Shown here: one piece after another, positions 10,218 to 19,471 of the stretch
Numbering within the stretch: position 1 is the stretch's first letter
How the letters are laid out: every line of letters starts with the position of its first letter
Origin: Anaeromyxobacteraceae bacterium
GTDB taxonomy: Bacteria; Myxococcota; Myxococcia; Myxococcales; Anaeromyxobacteraceae
Length of the DNA: 64,000 nt
Assembly (NCBI GenBank): GCA_047602405.1
Contig: JASGHJ010000002.1
Span: 2,016,001-2,080,000 of the forward strand
Reading direction: 5' to 3'
Position numbers and translations under genes: made by a program
The notes under the pieces: generated by a model
Seen by the model: only the letters and a program-made list of their open reading frames with translations
Told to the model about the DNA's origin: nothing
The model's database searches: none

Positions 10218-11351
10218 ATGACGCCGCTCCTCGCCGGCCTGAGGGAACAGCTCGTCGCGTTCGCGCGCGGGCGCACCCACCGGCTCGTGCTCGCGCTCTT
10301 CGTCGTGTTCACGCTCCTCACCGCCGGGGCCTTCCGCGCGGGGGCGCTCCGGGACCTGCCGGTCGCGGTCGTCGACCTCGACGGCACCGGGCCGTCCCGG
10401 ACGGTGGCGCGCTGGCTCGACGCGACGCCCGACCTCCGGGTGGTGCACGACGGGCCCGCCTCGCTCGAGGAGGCCCGGGCGATGCTCGCGAGCGGCGAGC
10501 TGACCGCCGTCGTGGTGCTGCCCGACGGGCTCTCCGCGGCCCTGAAGCGCGGGCGCCCGGCCGAGGTGGTCGTCGCGCTCGACGCCGGCAACCTCCTCAC
10601 CGGCAAGCAGGCGCAGAAGGCGGTGCAGCGGGTCCTCGCGACCGCGGCGGCCGGCGCGCAGCTCTCCCTCCTCGAGAAGCTCGGCACGCCGGCCTCCGTG
10701 GCGCAGGGGCGCGCGCTCCCGATCACCGTCACCGAGTCGCTCTCCCGCAACCCGGGCTCGAGCTTCGCGACGTACCTCGGACCGGTGTACGCCTGGTTCT
10801 TCGTCCACCTGCTGCTCGTGCTGCTCGGCTGGGCGACGCTCTGGCCGGCCCGGGCGGCGAGCGCCGCCGAGCGCGCCGGCCGGCTCGCCGCGGCGGGGCT
10901 CGTCGCCGTCGTGGGCGGGCTCTTCACCGCCTACGTCGCGCTCCCGCTCGGCGGGCTCCCGATGCCGACGCCGCTGCCGGTCCTCCTCACCGCGCTCGGC
11001 GCGCTCGCGGTCGCCGAGCTCCTGTTCGTCCGCGCCGTCGCGGCGGTGACCTCGGGCTCGCTCTTCGGGTTCCAGTCGACGGTGCTCGTCGCGATGCTCT
11101 CGCTCATGGTCTCGGGCCTCACCTGGCCCGCCGACGCCTCGCCCGCGCCGCTGCGCACGCTCGCCGCCGCCCTGCCCTTCACCCCGTTCGCGGCCGCGGT
11201 CCGCGTCTTCCAGCACGAGGCGGCCGGGCTCGCCGACCTCGCCCGGCCCCTCGGCGCGCTCGCGCTGCAGGCGCTCGCCTTCGCCGCCGTCGTGGCCGCC
11301 GCGGCGGCCGTGCCCGTCCTGCGCGGCCGCCTCGCCCGGAGGCCCGCGTGA
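10218..11351 (+). CDS. ABC-2 type permease
   Basis: N-terminal TM, LPVAVVDLD, large periplasmic loop, several C-terminal TMs with SGLTWP. Confidence 0.85.
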   Translation: MTPLLAGLREQLVAFARGRTHRLVLALFVVFTLLTAGAFRAGALRDLPVAVVDLDGTGPSRTVARWLDATPDLRVVHDGPASLEEARAMLASGELTAVVVLPDGLSAALKRGRPAEVVVALDAGNLLTGKQAQKAVQRVLATAAAGAQLSLLEKLGTPASVAQGRALPITVTESLSRNPGSSFATYLGPVYAWFFVHLLLVLLGWATLWPARAASAAERAGRLAAAGLVAVVGGLFTAYVALPLGGLPMPTPLPVLLTALGALAVAELLFVRAVAAVTSGSLFGFQSTVLVAMLSLMVSGLTWPADASPAPLRTLAAALPFTPFAAAVRVFQHEAAGLADLARPLGALALQALAFAAVVAAAAAVPVLRGRLARRPA

Positions 11352-12526
11352 CCGCGCTCCTCGAGGGGCTCCGCGCCGAGCGCGCCCTCCTCCGCCGCGA
11401 GCGGAGCCTCCTCCTCGTGCTGCTCGCGATCCCGCTCCTCTACCCGGTGCTGGTCGGCTGGGTGTACTCGCCGGGGCCGGTGCGCGAGCGGCCCGCGCTG
11501 CTCGTGGACCTCGACGGCTCGGCGCTCTCGCGCCGCCTCGCGCTCGACCTCGAGGCCTCGCCCGACCTCGCGATCGTGGGGCGGCCCGCGTCGCTCGAGG
11601 AGGGCGTGCGCGCGCTCCGGCGCGACGAGGCCGAGGTGCTGGTGGTGCTGCCCGCGGATCTCTCCGCGCGGGTGAAGCGCGGCGAGCCGGCCCAGGTGGC
11701 CGCCTGGACCGGCGGTGCGAACCTGTTCACGTGGGGCGCCGCCTACCCGGCGGTCGTCGCCTCGGTCACCGCCGAGAACCGGGCGCTCCTCGCCCGCACG
11801 CTGTCGGCGGTCGGCCTCCCGCCGGAGGCCGCGGCGCGCCGCGCGGCGCCGGTCGCGATCGGGGAGCGGCTGCTCGCGAACCCGGCGATGACCTACGGCC
11901 GCTACGTCGTCCCCGGCGTGCTCCTCGTCGTGCTGCAGCAGGCGATCCTGATCTCGCTCGCGTTCAGCGCCGGGCTCCGCCGGGAGGCGGGGCTGCCGTT
12001 CGGGCCCGGCCCGCGCCCCGGCCGGTGGCTCACGGGGCTCGCGCTCGCGCACGCGCCGTTCTGGCTCGGCGGCATCGCCTTCTCGACGCTCGGCCTGCTG
12101 CCCTTCATGGGCTGGGCGGCGCCGAGCCCGTGGGCGGCCGCCGGCGTGTTCGTGGCCTTCGGCCTCGCGCAGGTGCCGATGGGCCTCCTCGTCGCGCCGC
12201 TCGCGCGGACCCGGATGGAGGCGTTCGCCCTCCTCGCCTTCCTCTCGGCGGCGCTCTTCGCGACCTCCGGCTTCACCTGGCCCGCGGGCGAGCTGCCGCT
12301 CGTCGTCCGCGCGGCCGTCGCCGCGTTCCCCGCCACGCCCGCGCTGCGCGCGCTCCGGATCGTCCAGGCCGGCGGCGCGCTCCGCGACGTGGCCCTGCAC
12401 CTCGCCTGGCTCGCCGGCCTCGCCGGGGCCTGGAGCGCCGCGCTCGTGGCCGCCCTCCGGGTCCGCGGTGCCGCCGGCGGGCCTTCGCCCGTGGTCAATC
12501 CCCTCCCCGCTCCGAGCACACCATGA
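11348..12526 (+). CDS. ABC-2 type permease
   Basis: Paralog of the preceding gene: LVDLDGSALSR, NPAMTYGRYVVPG, SGFTWP. Confidence 0.85.
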   Translation: MTALLEGLRAERALLRRERSLLLVLLAIPLLYPVLVGWVYSPGPVRERPALLVDLDGSALSRRLALDLEASPDLAIVGRPASLEEGVRALRRDEAEVLVVLPADLSARVKRGEPAQVAAWTGGANLFTWGAAYPAVVASVTAENRALLARTLSAVGLPPEAAARRAAPVAIGERLLANPAMTYGRYVVPGVLLVVLQQAILISLAFSAGLRREAGLPFGPGPRPGRWLTGLALAHAPFWLGGIAFSTLGLLPFMGWAAPSPWAAAGVFVAFGLAQVPMGLLVAPLARTRMEAFALLAFLSAALFATSGFTWPAGELPLVVRAAVAAFPATPALRALRIVQAGGALRDVALHLAWLAGLAGAWSAALVAALRVRGAAGGPSPVVNPLPAPSTP

Positions 12527-13945
12527 CCTCGCTCCTCGCGCCCCAGCTCCTCGTCGCCCTCATCCTGCAGACAGAACCGTCAGCCCCGAGCGTTGCGGCC
12601 GCCCCGGCGGCCGCGGAGACGAGGGGCGTCCTGACCTTCGACGCCGCCCTCGCGGAGGCCTCGCGCCAGAGCCTCGAGCTGCGGGTGGCCGCCGAGCGCC
12701 TCAAGCAGGCGAGGACCCTCTCCCGGAAGGCCTGGAGCTTCCTGTTGCCCCAGGTCTCCGCGGGCGCGTCCTACGCGTGGAACTCGGAGGACGTGATCCT
12801 CGAGCTCCCGACCGCCTTCGCGATCCGGAACGTCGGCGCGAACTACCCGCCGACGCTGCCGCCGGGCGTGACGCTCCCCGGCGCCGCGACGCCGTACGCG
12901 CTCGTGCCGTACGCGAAGGAGGACTTCGAGCTCCAGAAGAAGGAGCAGTGGGGCGTGCAGGCCGAGGTGAAGCAGGCGCTCCTCGCGCCGCAGGCGTGGG
13001 CCGCGGTGCGGACCGCCGGCTTCGCCCGGGAGGTGGCCGAGGCGAAGGTCGCGGCGACCCGCCAGGACCTGCTCCTCGGCGTCGCGCAGCTCTACTACGG
13101 GGCGGCGACGCTGAAGGAGGCCGTGGGCGTGCAGGAGCGCGCCCTCGCGAGCTGGCAGCGCCACGAGGACGACGCCGCGCGGCTCGTCCACGAGGGCGCC
13201 GCCCCGAAGCTCGCGCAGACGAAGGCCCGCACCGACCGGATCCGCGCCGAGCAGGAGCTCCTCCGGACCCGCAACGCGCTCGCCGCCGCGAAGCTCGCGC
13301 TCGCGACCGTGCTCGTGCGTGACCCGGACTTCGACGTCGAGCACCCCGGCGTGCCCGCCGAGGTCGCCGGCGCGCCCGAGGCGCTCGAGCGCGCCGCCCT
13401 CGAGGCCCGCCCCGAGGTCAGGGCCGCCCGGTCCTCCGCTGAGCTCGCCGGCAGCCAGCGCCTCGAGGCGTGGTCGAAGGTGCTGCCCACGGTGGGCGTC
13501 TCCGGCCAGTGGCGCTACGCGAGCATCACCGGCTTCACCGGCGAGCACGAGGGCTGGAGCGTGATGCTCGGCCTGCAGTGGTCGCTCTTCGACGGCGGCC
13601 GGCGCGAGGCGGAGATTCTCGGAGGCCGCCCACCGGAGCGCCGAGGCCGACGCCGCGCTCGCGCTCACGGCGAACAAGACGCGGGACGAGGTCCGGCGCG
13701 CCGCGCTCGACCTCTCGAGCGCGCGGGCCGCGCTCGCGAAGGCGCGGGAGCAGGCGGAGGTGGCCCGCGAGGCGATGGACCAGGCCGAGAAGGCCCACGC
13801 CGCCGGCGCCGCGACCGCGCTCGAGCTCGCGGATGCGACCACGGCGTCCCAGAACGCCGACCTCGGCCTCGTCGCGGCGGGGCTCGACGCCGACCTCGCA
13901 CAGCTCAAGCTCGCGAAGGCGGCGGGAAGGTGGCCGAAGCCGTAG
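12523..13945 (+). CDS. TolC family outer membrane efflux protein; +1 frameshift near 13622
   Basis: LTFDAALAEA, LLPQVSAGASY, ALEARPEV, LQWSLFDGG; the C-terminal AGAATALELADA is in the shifted frame. Confidence 0.88.
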
Positions 13946-14070
13946 GGAGCCGGAGTCGTAGGGAGCCGGAGTCGTAGGGAGCCGGAGTCGGAGTCGGGGT
14001 CGGAGCCGGAGTCGGAGCCGGAGTCGGAGCCGGAGCCGGAGCCGGAGTCGGAGCCGGAGTCGGAGCCGGA
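13941..14070. repeat. Tandem repeat: 3 x 16 bp CGTAGGGAGCCGGAGT followed by about 13 CGGAG(C/T) hexamers
   Basis: Read directly from the sequence; begins at the TolC stop codon. Confidence 0.9.
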
Positions 14071-14076
14071 ATCTCC

Positions 14077-14123
14077 GTTCGTCCCGAGCGTAGGGCCGCG
14101 CAGCGGCCCGGAGACGAGGGACG
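14077..14123 (+). repeat. Nested palindromic REP-like element, copy B
   Basis: TCGTCCCGAGCGTAG-ggccgc gca gcggcc-CGGAGACGAGGGACG, between convergent genes. Confidence 0.8.
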
Positions 14124-14196
14124 GTCCCGGACCTTCACTGAAAGTGGGTCAGCGCGGCCCCACGACTTCCTCCGCGGAAGTGAATGAGATCGAGTT

Positions 14197-15219
14197 TCAC
14201 TTCTGACCCCGCGGCGGCCCTGGCCTCACCTCGGCCACCCGCCGCACGCTGCGGCACACGGCAAGTGAGACCCACAGCGGCAACTCCGGGTCCTTCCCCT
14301 TCATCAACCGGAACCCGAACGTCCCGTCGGCGCGCTGCAGCTCCCGCACGTGAGCGAGCGCGGCGCGGACCTCGGGGACCTCTGCGCCGACGCCGATCAG
14401 GCTCAGCGAGTCGAGCGCCGACACCACGTCGGTGAACCAGAACGGGAAGCTGACCCGGTCCCAGTAGCTCCGGTCGGCCCGGTCGCCGTAGGCATCGCGC
14501 CTGAAGAGCCGGGCCGCGAGCAGCCTCGCCGCGGTGCGGGCCTCCTCCGACCGGCGCCGCGCCGGGTGCGCCGCGTACGCGCGCAGCACCATGCCGGTCG
14601 CGAGGTGCGAGGACGGCTTCGTGCGGTCCGGCGGCAGCGGCTCGGGCCACCGCCGCACGTCGAGGGCGCCCGACAGCGCGAGCCCGCGGGTCCGGAACGG
14701 GATGGCCCAGCCGCCGTCGTCCTGCCGCCCAGCGAGGAGCCAGCGGAAGGCCCGGCGGGCGCGGGGGTCCTCGCCGTAGCCCGCCTTCACGAGGAGCTCG
14801 AGGATGGCGCCCGTGTAGGTGGTCGCGTGCTGACGGCCATAGAGCCCGCGGAAGTCGCCCTCCCGCGCCTGGGTCGAGAAGAGGCACGCCGCGGCCCGGG
14901 CCAGGGCCGGGTGCTCCCGCGTGAGGCCGTGCTGCTCGACCAGCACGCCGACCTGCCGGAACGTCTCGAGCTGGTCGTAGTCCTCGCGCGAGCGGATGCG
15001 GGTGTCGCCGCCGGGGTAGGTCCACGAGCCGTCCGCGTTCTGCCTGCGGAGGATCCGCCCGACCGCGGGCCCGCCCCAGAGCGCCTCGATCGGTCCCGGG
15101 CGTTCGCCGAGGAGGTCGCGCCGGGTGAAGTACGCGAGGGCGGGCGTGGCGGCCCGGAGCAGCATCGGGACCGGATCGACGCGCAGCGTGCGCCGCCAGG
15201 GGGCCTCGGCGGGGGCCAT
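14197..15219 (-). CDS. Prenyltransferase/squalene oxidase repeat (alpha/alpha toroid) protein of unknown function
   Basis: QW-type repeats RQNADGSW, RQDDGGW, LQRADGTF. Confidence 0.7.
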   Translation of the reverse strand: MAPAEAPWRRTLRVDPVPMLLRAATPALAYFTRRDLLGERPGPIEALWGGPAVGRILRRQNADGSWTYPGGDTRIRSREDYDQLETFRQVGVLVEQHGLTREHPALARAAACLFSTQAREGDFRGLYGRQHATTYTGAILELLVKAGYGEDPRARRAFRWLLAGRQDDGGWAIPFRTRGLALSGALDVRRWPEPLPPDRTKPSSHLATGMVLRAYAAHPARRRSEEARTAARLLAARLFRRDAYGDRADRSYWDRVSFPFWFTDVVSALDSLSLIGVGAEVPEVRAALAHVRELQRADGTFGFRLMKGKDPELPLWVSLAVCRSVRRVAEVRPGPPRGQK

Positions 15220-15228
15220 ACCAGGAGT

Positions 15229-15591
15229 CTACGGGCTCGGTGCGCGTGGCTCCAGCTCCGCCGTCGACGCGCCCGCGCCCGCTCGCGGCACGCACGCCCC
15301 CGTCGACACGCCCTCGAGCCACCAGTCGTCCTCGCCCGGCGTGCTCAGGAACCGCGCGAGCACGAGCTCGCCCTCGGAGCAGTCCCAGCGACAGAGCCGC
15401 ATCGTGAAGAGCGCGACGGTGCCGTAGTCCGTGGGCCACGACACGCCGAAGTCCTCGACGAGGTCCGCCGTCGGGCACGACGGCCCGCCGGCCTCCATGC
15501 TCCAGAGCGTCGAGTAGTCCCTGGGCGACTTCTCCTCGCCACCGCACGCCATCGACACGACCGCGACTGCCACGAGCAACGGGATCCTCAT
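15229..15591 (-). CDS. Hypothetical lipoprotein
   Basis: MRIPLLVAVAVVSMACGG signal/lipobox; four further Cys residues. Confidence 0.55.
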   Translation of the reverse strand: MRIPLLVAVAVVSMACGGEEKSPRDYSTLWSMEAGGPSCPTADLVEDFGVSWPTDYGTVALFTMRLCRWDCSEGELVLARFLSTPGEDDWWLEGVSTGACVPRAGAGASTAELEPRAPSP

Positions 15592-15674
15592 GGCGGCGAC
15601 CGTAGCGCCGGGGCGGACGCCGTCCGGGCGGTGGCGCGTTCGGCGTGCGGCGAGGGCGCGCTGCGGATGCGCCC

Positions 15675-15714
15675 AAAAGCGAACGGGCGGCCGGGATGTC
15701 CCGACCGCCCGTTC
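15675..15714 (-). terminator. Intrinsic terminator downstream of tRNA-Val
   Basis: Stem GAACGGGCGG(C)CGGGA / TCCCG(A)CCGCCCGTTC followed on the minus strand by GCTTTT. Confidence 0.7.
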
Positions 15715-15720
15715 TCGACT

Positions 15721-15792
15721 TGGGCACCGCTGGGATCGAACCAGCGACCCCCTGCGTGTCAAGCAGGTGCTCTACCACTGAGCTAGGCGCCC
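15721..15792 (-). tRNA. tRNA-Val (anticodon GAC), CCA not encoded
   Basis: Reverse complement GGGCGCCTAGCTCAGTGGTAGAGCACCTGCTTGACACGCAGGGGGTCGCTGGTTCGATCCCAGCGGTGCCCA folds as a cloverleaf. Confidence 0.97.
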
Positions 15793-15814
15793 TGCCCTGC
15801 AGCAGCGAGGCGCG

Positions 15815-15842
15815 GTTATACCCCGACCGGCGGGACTGTCAA
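15815..15842 (-). promoter_or_regulatory. Sigma-70 promoter of tRNA-Val
   Basis: Minus strand TTGACA, 16 nt, TATAAC, followed by a GC-rich discriminator. Confidence 0.8.
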
Positions 15843-15868
15843 CGGGCGAGTCGTGCGGCGGGTGATCC

Positions 15869-15927
15869 CTCATCCTTCGACTCCGCCCCGGGGGCGCTGC
15901 GCGCCCCGGGGCTACGCTCAGGATGAG
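15869..15927 (-). repeat. Nested palindromic REP-like element, copy C
   Basis: Reverse complement CTCATCCTGAGCGTAG-(longer GC hairpin)-CGGAGTCGAAGGATGAG. Confidence 0.8.
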
Positions 15928-15972
15928 CGGGGATGGTCGAGAAAGCGCGTCGGCCAGCGCGTTCCACCTTCC

Positions 15973-16548
15973 CTACGCCACCCTCGGCGCCCTCAGCACC
16001 CGGAAGAAGAACAGGCCGTACTGCAGGAACGAGAGCACCACGCAGGTCGCCCCGAGCAGGGCGAACGCGACGAGGTAGGGGTCGGCGAGGGGGCGCGGCA
16101 CGGCGCCGTAGTCGCCGGCGAGGGCCAGGATGACCGCCACCGCGAGCGCGAAGGTGGCGTACTTGCCGATGCGGGTGGGCGCGAGCGGCTGGGCGTTCCG
16201 GAGCCACTTCAGGAGCGCCGCGCCGGCCACCAGCACGGCGTCCCGGCCGATGACGAGCGCCGGCAGCCACGCGGGCAGGTGGCCCGTCCACGTGAGCGCC
16301 AGCAGCGCGCACGCGGCGAGGAACTTGTCGGCGATGGGGTCGAGGATGGCCCCGAGCCAGGTGCGCTGGTTGAGCGCCCGGGCCACGAGCCCGTCGAGGA
16401 GGTCGCTCGCCGCGGCGGCCGCGAAGGCGGCCAGCGCGCGCAGCGAGTCCCCCTTCACGTACAGGACGAGGAAGACCGGGGCGAGGACGATCCGGAGGGC
16501 GGTGAGGCCGTTCGCCAGCGTGAACGGCCCCACCCCCGGATCGATCAC
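15973..16548 (-). CDS. CDP-alcohol phosphatidyltransferase family protein (PgsA-like)
   Basis: ANGLTALRI; SDLLDGLVARALNQRTWLGAILDPIADK signature; GTG start overlaps the upstream stop. Confidence 0.92.
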   Translation of the reverse strand: MIDPGVGPFTLANGLTALRIVLAPVFLVLYVKGDSLRALAAFAAAAASDLLDGLVARALNQRTWLGAILDPIADKFLAACALLALTWTGHLPAWLPALVIGRDAVLVAGAALLKWLRNAQPLAPTRIGKYATFALAVAVILALAGDYGAVPRPLADPYLVAFALLGATCVVLSFLQYGLFFFRVLRAPRVA

Positions 16549-17321
16549 CGCGCGGTCGCGTCCCGCTCCCGGTTCCAGGCCTCCCACTCGTCCGCCTTCC
16601 CCGCCAGCGCGAACTCCTCGGGCTCCGTGGGCTTCCCGTCCGCGGAGACCCGGACCTGCATCATGTTGGTGACGATCTTCTCCCACTGCTCGCGGGTGAC
16701 CTCCTGGGGGCCCGCGATCTCGACGTGGCCGGGCTTCTTGCCGCCCTCGGCCCCGCCGCCCTGCCCGCCCTCGCCGCCGCCGTGCAGGGGGCGCGGGATG
16801 GGGCCGGCCGCGACGGCGACCGTGCCGGAGTACACCTTCACGACGACCGAGCGGTCCTTCGCGGCGTCGACGCGGAACGTGGTGCCGCGCACGCCGGCGA
16901 CCGCGTTCTCGGTCTGGACCTCGAACCGGGCCTCGCCGCCGACGGCCTTCGCGACGTTCGCCCAGACCTGGCCCACCACGAGCTTCGCGGAGACCTTGCG
17001 GTCGTCGACCGTCTTCCCGAACGCGGCGGCCTGGACGACGGCCTTCGAGGTCGGGCCGAGCCGGACCACGGAGGCGTCGTTGAGCTTCACCTCGAGGCGG
17101 GTGCGGCGCTCGGTCTCGAGGACGTCGCCCTCGAACACCGGGGCGCCGACCGCGAGCTTCGCGGCCTTGCCGTCGGCGGCCTTGCGGCTCGCCTCGCCGG
17201 CGAGGAAGGTCACCTTGCCCGCCGGCTGCGGCGCCGGCCCCGCCGCGGGCACCGCGGCCGCGAGGCCGAGGAGCGCCACGGCGCCGGCGAGCGCCGAGAG
17301 GATGCGCGCGCGGGTGGTCAC
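16545..17321 (-). CDS. Secreted FecR-domain protein
   Basis: Signal peptide; VFEGDVLET, LNDASVVRLG, FEVQTENAVAGVRGTTFRV, VYSGTVAV. Confidence 0.85.
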   Translation of the reverse strand: MTTRARILSALAGAVALLGLAAAVPAAGPAPQPAGKVTFLAGEASRKAADGKAAKLAVGAPVFEGDVLETERRTRLEVKLNDASVVRLGPTSKAVVQAAAFGKTVDDRKVSAKLVVGQVWANVAKAVGGEARFEVQTENAVAGVRGTTFRVDAAKDRSVVVKVYSGTVAVAAGPIPRPLHGGGEGGQGGGAEGGKKPGHVEIAGPQEVTREQWEKIVTNMMQVRVSADGKPTEPEEFALAGKADEWEAWNRERDATAR

Positions 17322-18481
17322 TTGAGCTCCACCTCGACCGTGCCCTGCGTGACCTTCTTCACCTTGACCTGGTAGCCCGGGAACTTGCGGGTGGCGAGGT
17401 CGGTGGCGAAGGCGGAGGCCTGGCCGTTGTAGGCCACGTCGAGCTCGGCGCGGCCGTTCTCCATCGAGCGCTCCTGGATGTCCTTCACGCCGCGGACCTG
17501 GTTCGTGAGCACGTTCTTGAAGCCCGCCAGCCGGCCGTAGTCCTCGACGCCCGAGACGCCGAGCGAGATCCGCTTGAAGCCCGACTGCTCGCGGCTCCAG
17601 ACCTTGCCGATCTTCGTGAAGAGGTCGGCCGCCATCTTGCGGCCGGCGTTGGAGAGCGCGTTGCGGCCGGCGGTGGTCTGCTCGAAGCCCTTGCCGGCCT
17701 CGCCGGTGAACTCGGTCGCGGCGATGACCTCGCCGGAGTCGACGCGGACGGCGCGGGCGGAGATGTTGCCGACCGCCGAGTAGAAGGTGCCGTTGTCGAT
17801 CGGGATCTCGCCGAGCGGCTTCGCGATGGCGCGGCCGACGACCACCACGTCCGCGCCGGCCTTGATGCCGATCTCGCGGGCCTGCTGGACGTTCGGGTCG
17901 GCGCCGATGGTCTCGAGCTTCACCTTGCCGGAGAGGACCTCCGGGTCGATGAACGTGAAGCCGCTCTTCTCCATGCGGTCCATGAACGCGTTCTCGACGA
18001 CGCGCAGGTCGGCGGTGTTGCCGCCGCCCTGCCACCAGCCGGTGGCGGCGCTGGCGTTCACGGCCTGCTCGGCGACGAGCACCGCGATGCGCGGCATGCC
18101 GGCGCGGCGGTAGGCGATGCCGAAGGCGAGCATGTCCTCCTCGAGCTTCGACTCCGACACGTCGCAGCGGAGCTTCATGATCCAGGTGTTGCCGTCCTGC
18201 CGGTCCTCGAGGACCGTGAACTTCTTCACGTAGCCCTGCGAGTGCGAGTAGACGTTGTCCTTCAGGAGCTTCGCCTGGTCGGTCTCGGTCGCGGCGGTGA
18301 TGAACGTGCCGGCGACCTGCTGGACGCAGTTGCGGAGCGCGTCGTCCTTGGCCTGCTCCTTGGCCGCGAGGAGGTCGCCGGTGATGGCGCCCTGGCCGAC
18401 GGCCTCGGTGGTCTCGACCTTGTCCTGGGCGCGGGCCGTGGAGGCCGCGAGGAGGAGGGCGAGCGCGAGCTTGCGGTTCAT
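17318..18481 (-). CDS. Secreted protein with a FlgT N-terminal-like domain
   Basis: Signal peptide; EAVGQGAI...AKEQAKDDALRNCVQQVAG, SQGYVKKFTVL; CsgG/TolB-N-like middle domain (PRIAVLV, GADVVVVG). Confidence 0.7.
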   Translation of the reverse strand: MNRKLALALLLAASTARAQDKVETTEAVGQGAITGDLLAAKEQAKDDALRNCVQQVAGTFITAATETDQAKLLKDNVYSHSQGYVKKFTVLEDRQDGNTWIMKLRCDVSESKLEEDMLAFGIAYRRAGMPRIAVLVAEQAVNASAATGWWQGGGNTADLRVVENAFMDRMEKSGFTFIDPEVLSGKVKLETIGADPNVQQAREIGIKAGADVVVVGRAIAKPLGEIPIDNGTFYSAVGNISARAVRVDSGEVIAATEFTGEAGKGFEQTTAGRNALSNAGRKMAADLFTKIGKVWSREQSGFKRISLGVSGVEDYGRLAGFKNVLTNQVRGVKDIQERSMENGRAELDVAYNGQASAFATDLATRKFPGYQVKVKKVTQGTVEVELK

Positions 18482-18510
18482 GTGCATGTCTCCGTGGGGA
18501 CCAGAGGGGA

Positions 18511-19290
18511 TCAGTCGGCGAGGATGACGACCTTCGCGTCGGCGAGGAACGGCCAGGCCTTCCCGGCGAGCCCCTTCGCGTCGGCCGAGGAGATGACCAC
18601 GTCGGAGCCGGCGACCTTCACCGCGCGGACGACGAGCGGCCTGTCGCCGAGGCGGTCGGCGGCGGTCTTCTTCGCGCCGTCCAGGTCCTTCGCGTAGGCG
18701 GCGGCGCCGCCGGCCTTGCGGCCCGCCTCGGAGAGGACGCCGGGGCCGTAGACCTCGTTGCCGGACTCGTCGATCACGCGGGGGGCGAGCGCCGGCGTGA
18801 CCTTCTGGCCGCGGGCGTCGACCACGAGCGAGGTGCCCGGGGGATCGCCGGCGGGGGCGGCGGCCGGGGTCGTCGTGCCCTCGCCCTTCGGCATGAGCAC
18901 CTCGGAGAGCGCGCCCTCCATCGGGACGGTCACGTCGACCTCGATGGACGAGTCGCCGTAGTAGCGCGGCTTCGCGACGGTGAACTTCTTGATGACGCCC
19001 TCGACCCTGGCGCGCATCGCCGAGTCGGACTGCATGGCGGAGCCGGCGGACTTGCCCGACTCGAGCTGGATGCCCTTGATCGTCTCGAGGCAGTTGCGGA
19101 GCGCGTCGAGCTTCGCGGCCTTCTCGGCGCCGATGCGCGCGACGGCCACGTTGCCGTCGGCGTCCTTGACGTTCACCGCGCCGGTGCCGGTGCACTTCAC
19201 GACCTTCTGCTGCCAGTCGACCGCGCCCGAATCCGCGAGGGCGGCGGACGGGAGGGCGAGGACCGCGGCGAGTGCAACGAGCTTTCTCAT
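18511..19290 (-). CDS. LPP20-family secreted protein
   Basis: Signal peptide; VDWQQKVVKCTGTG...AEKAAKLDALRNCLETIKGI; TSLVVDARG, PALAPRVIDESG. Confidence 0.7.
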   Translation of the reverse strand: MRKLVALAAVLALPSAALADSGAVDWQQKVVKCTGTGAVNVKDADGNVAVARIGAEKAAKLDALRNCLETIKGIQLESGKSAGSAMQSDSAMRARVEGVIKKFTVAKPRYYGDSSIEVDVTVPMEGALSEVLMPKGEGTTTPAAAPAGDPPGTSLVVDARGQKVTPALAPRVIDESGNEVYGPGVLSEAGRKAGGAAAYAKDLDGAKKTAADRLGDRPLVVRAVKVAGSDVVISSADAKGLAGKAWPFLADAKVVILAD

Positions 19291-19471
19291 GTTCGTCTCC
19301 TGCGTCCCGGGGCTCTTGCTGCTGCGTGCTCTGCGGGGACCACGCTTCCGGTCCGAAAATTCAAGGGGTAGAAAAGTCTACCACCTGATGGCGGCCATCC
19401 TACGAACCGGCCGCCGGGCCCGCTGTGACGGGTGTCACCGCTCCCCTCCGGAGCCTGGAACCCGGGCTTGC

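Noticed and set aside
5571..13945. Pseudogene calls for the frameshifted genes
   Set aside because: Motifs and codon bias are intact with only isolated +1 insertions; sequencing error is more parsimonious
13941..14070. Possible CRISPR array
   Set aside because: Contiguous 16-mer and 6-mer units with no unique spacers and no cas genes
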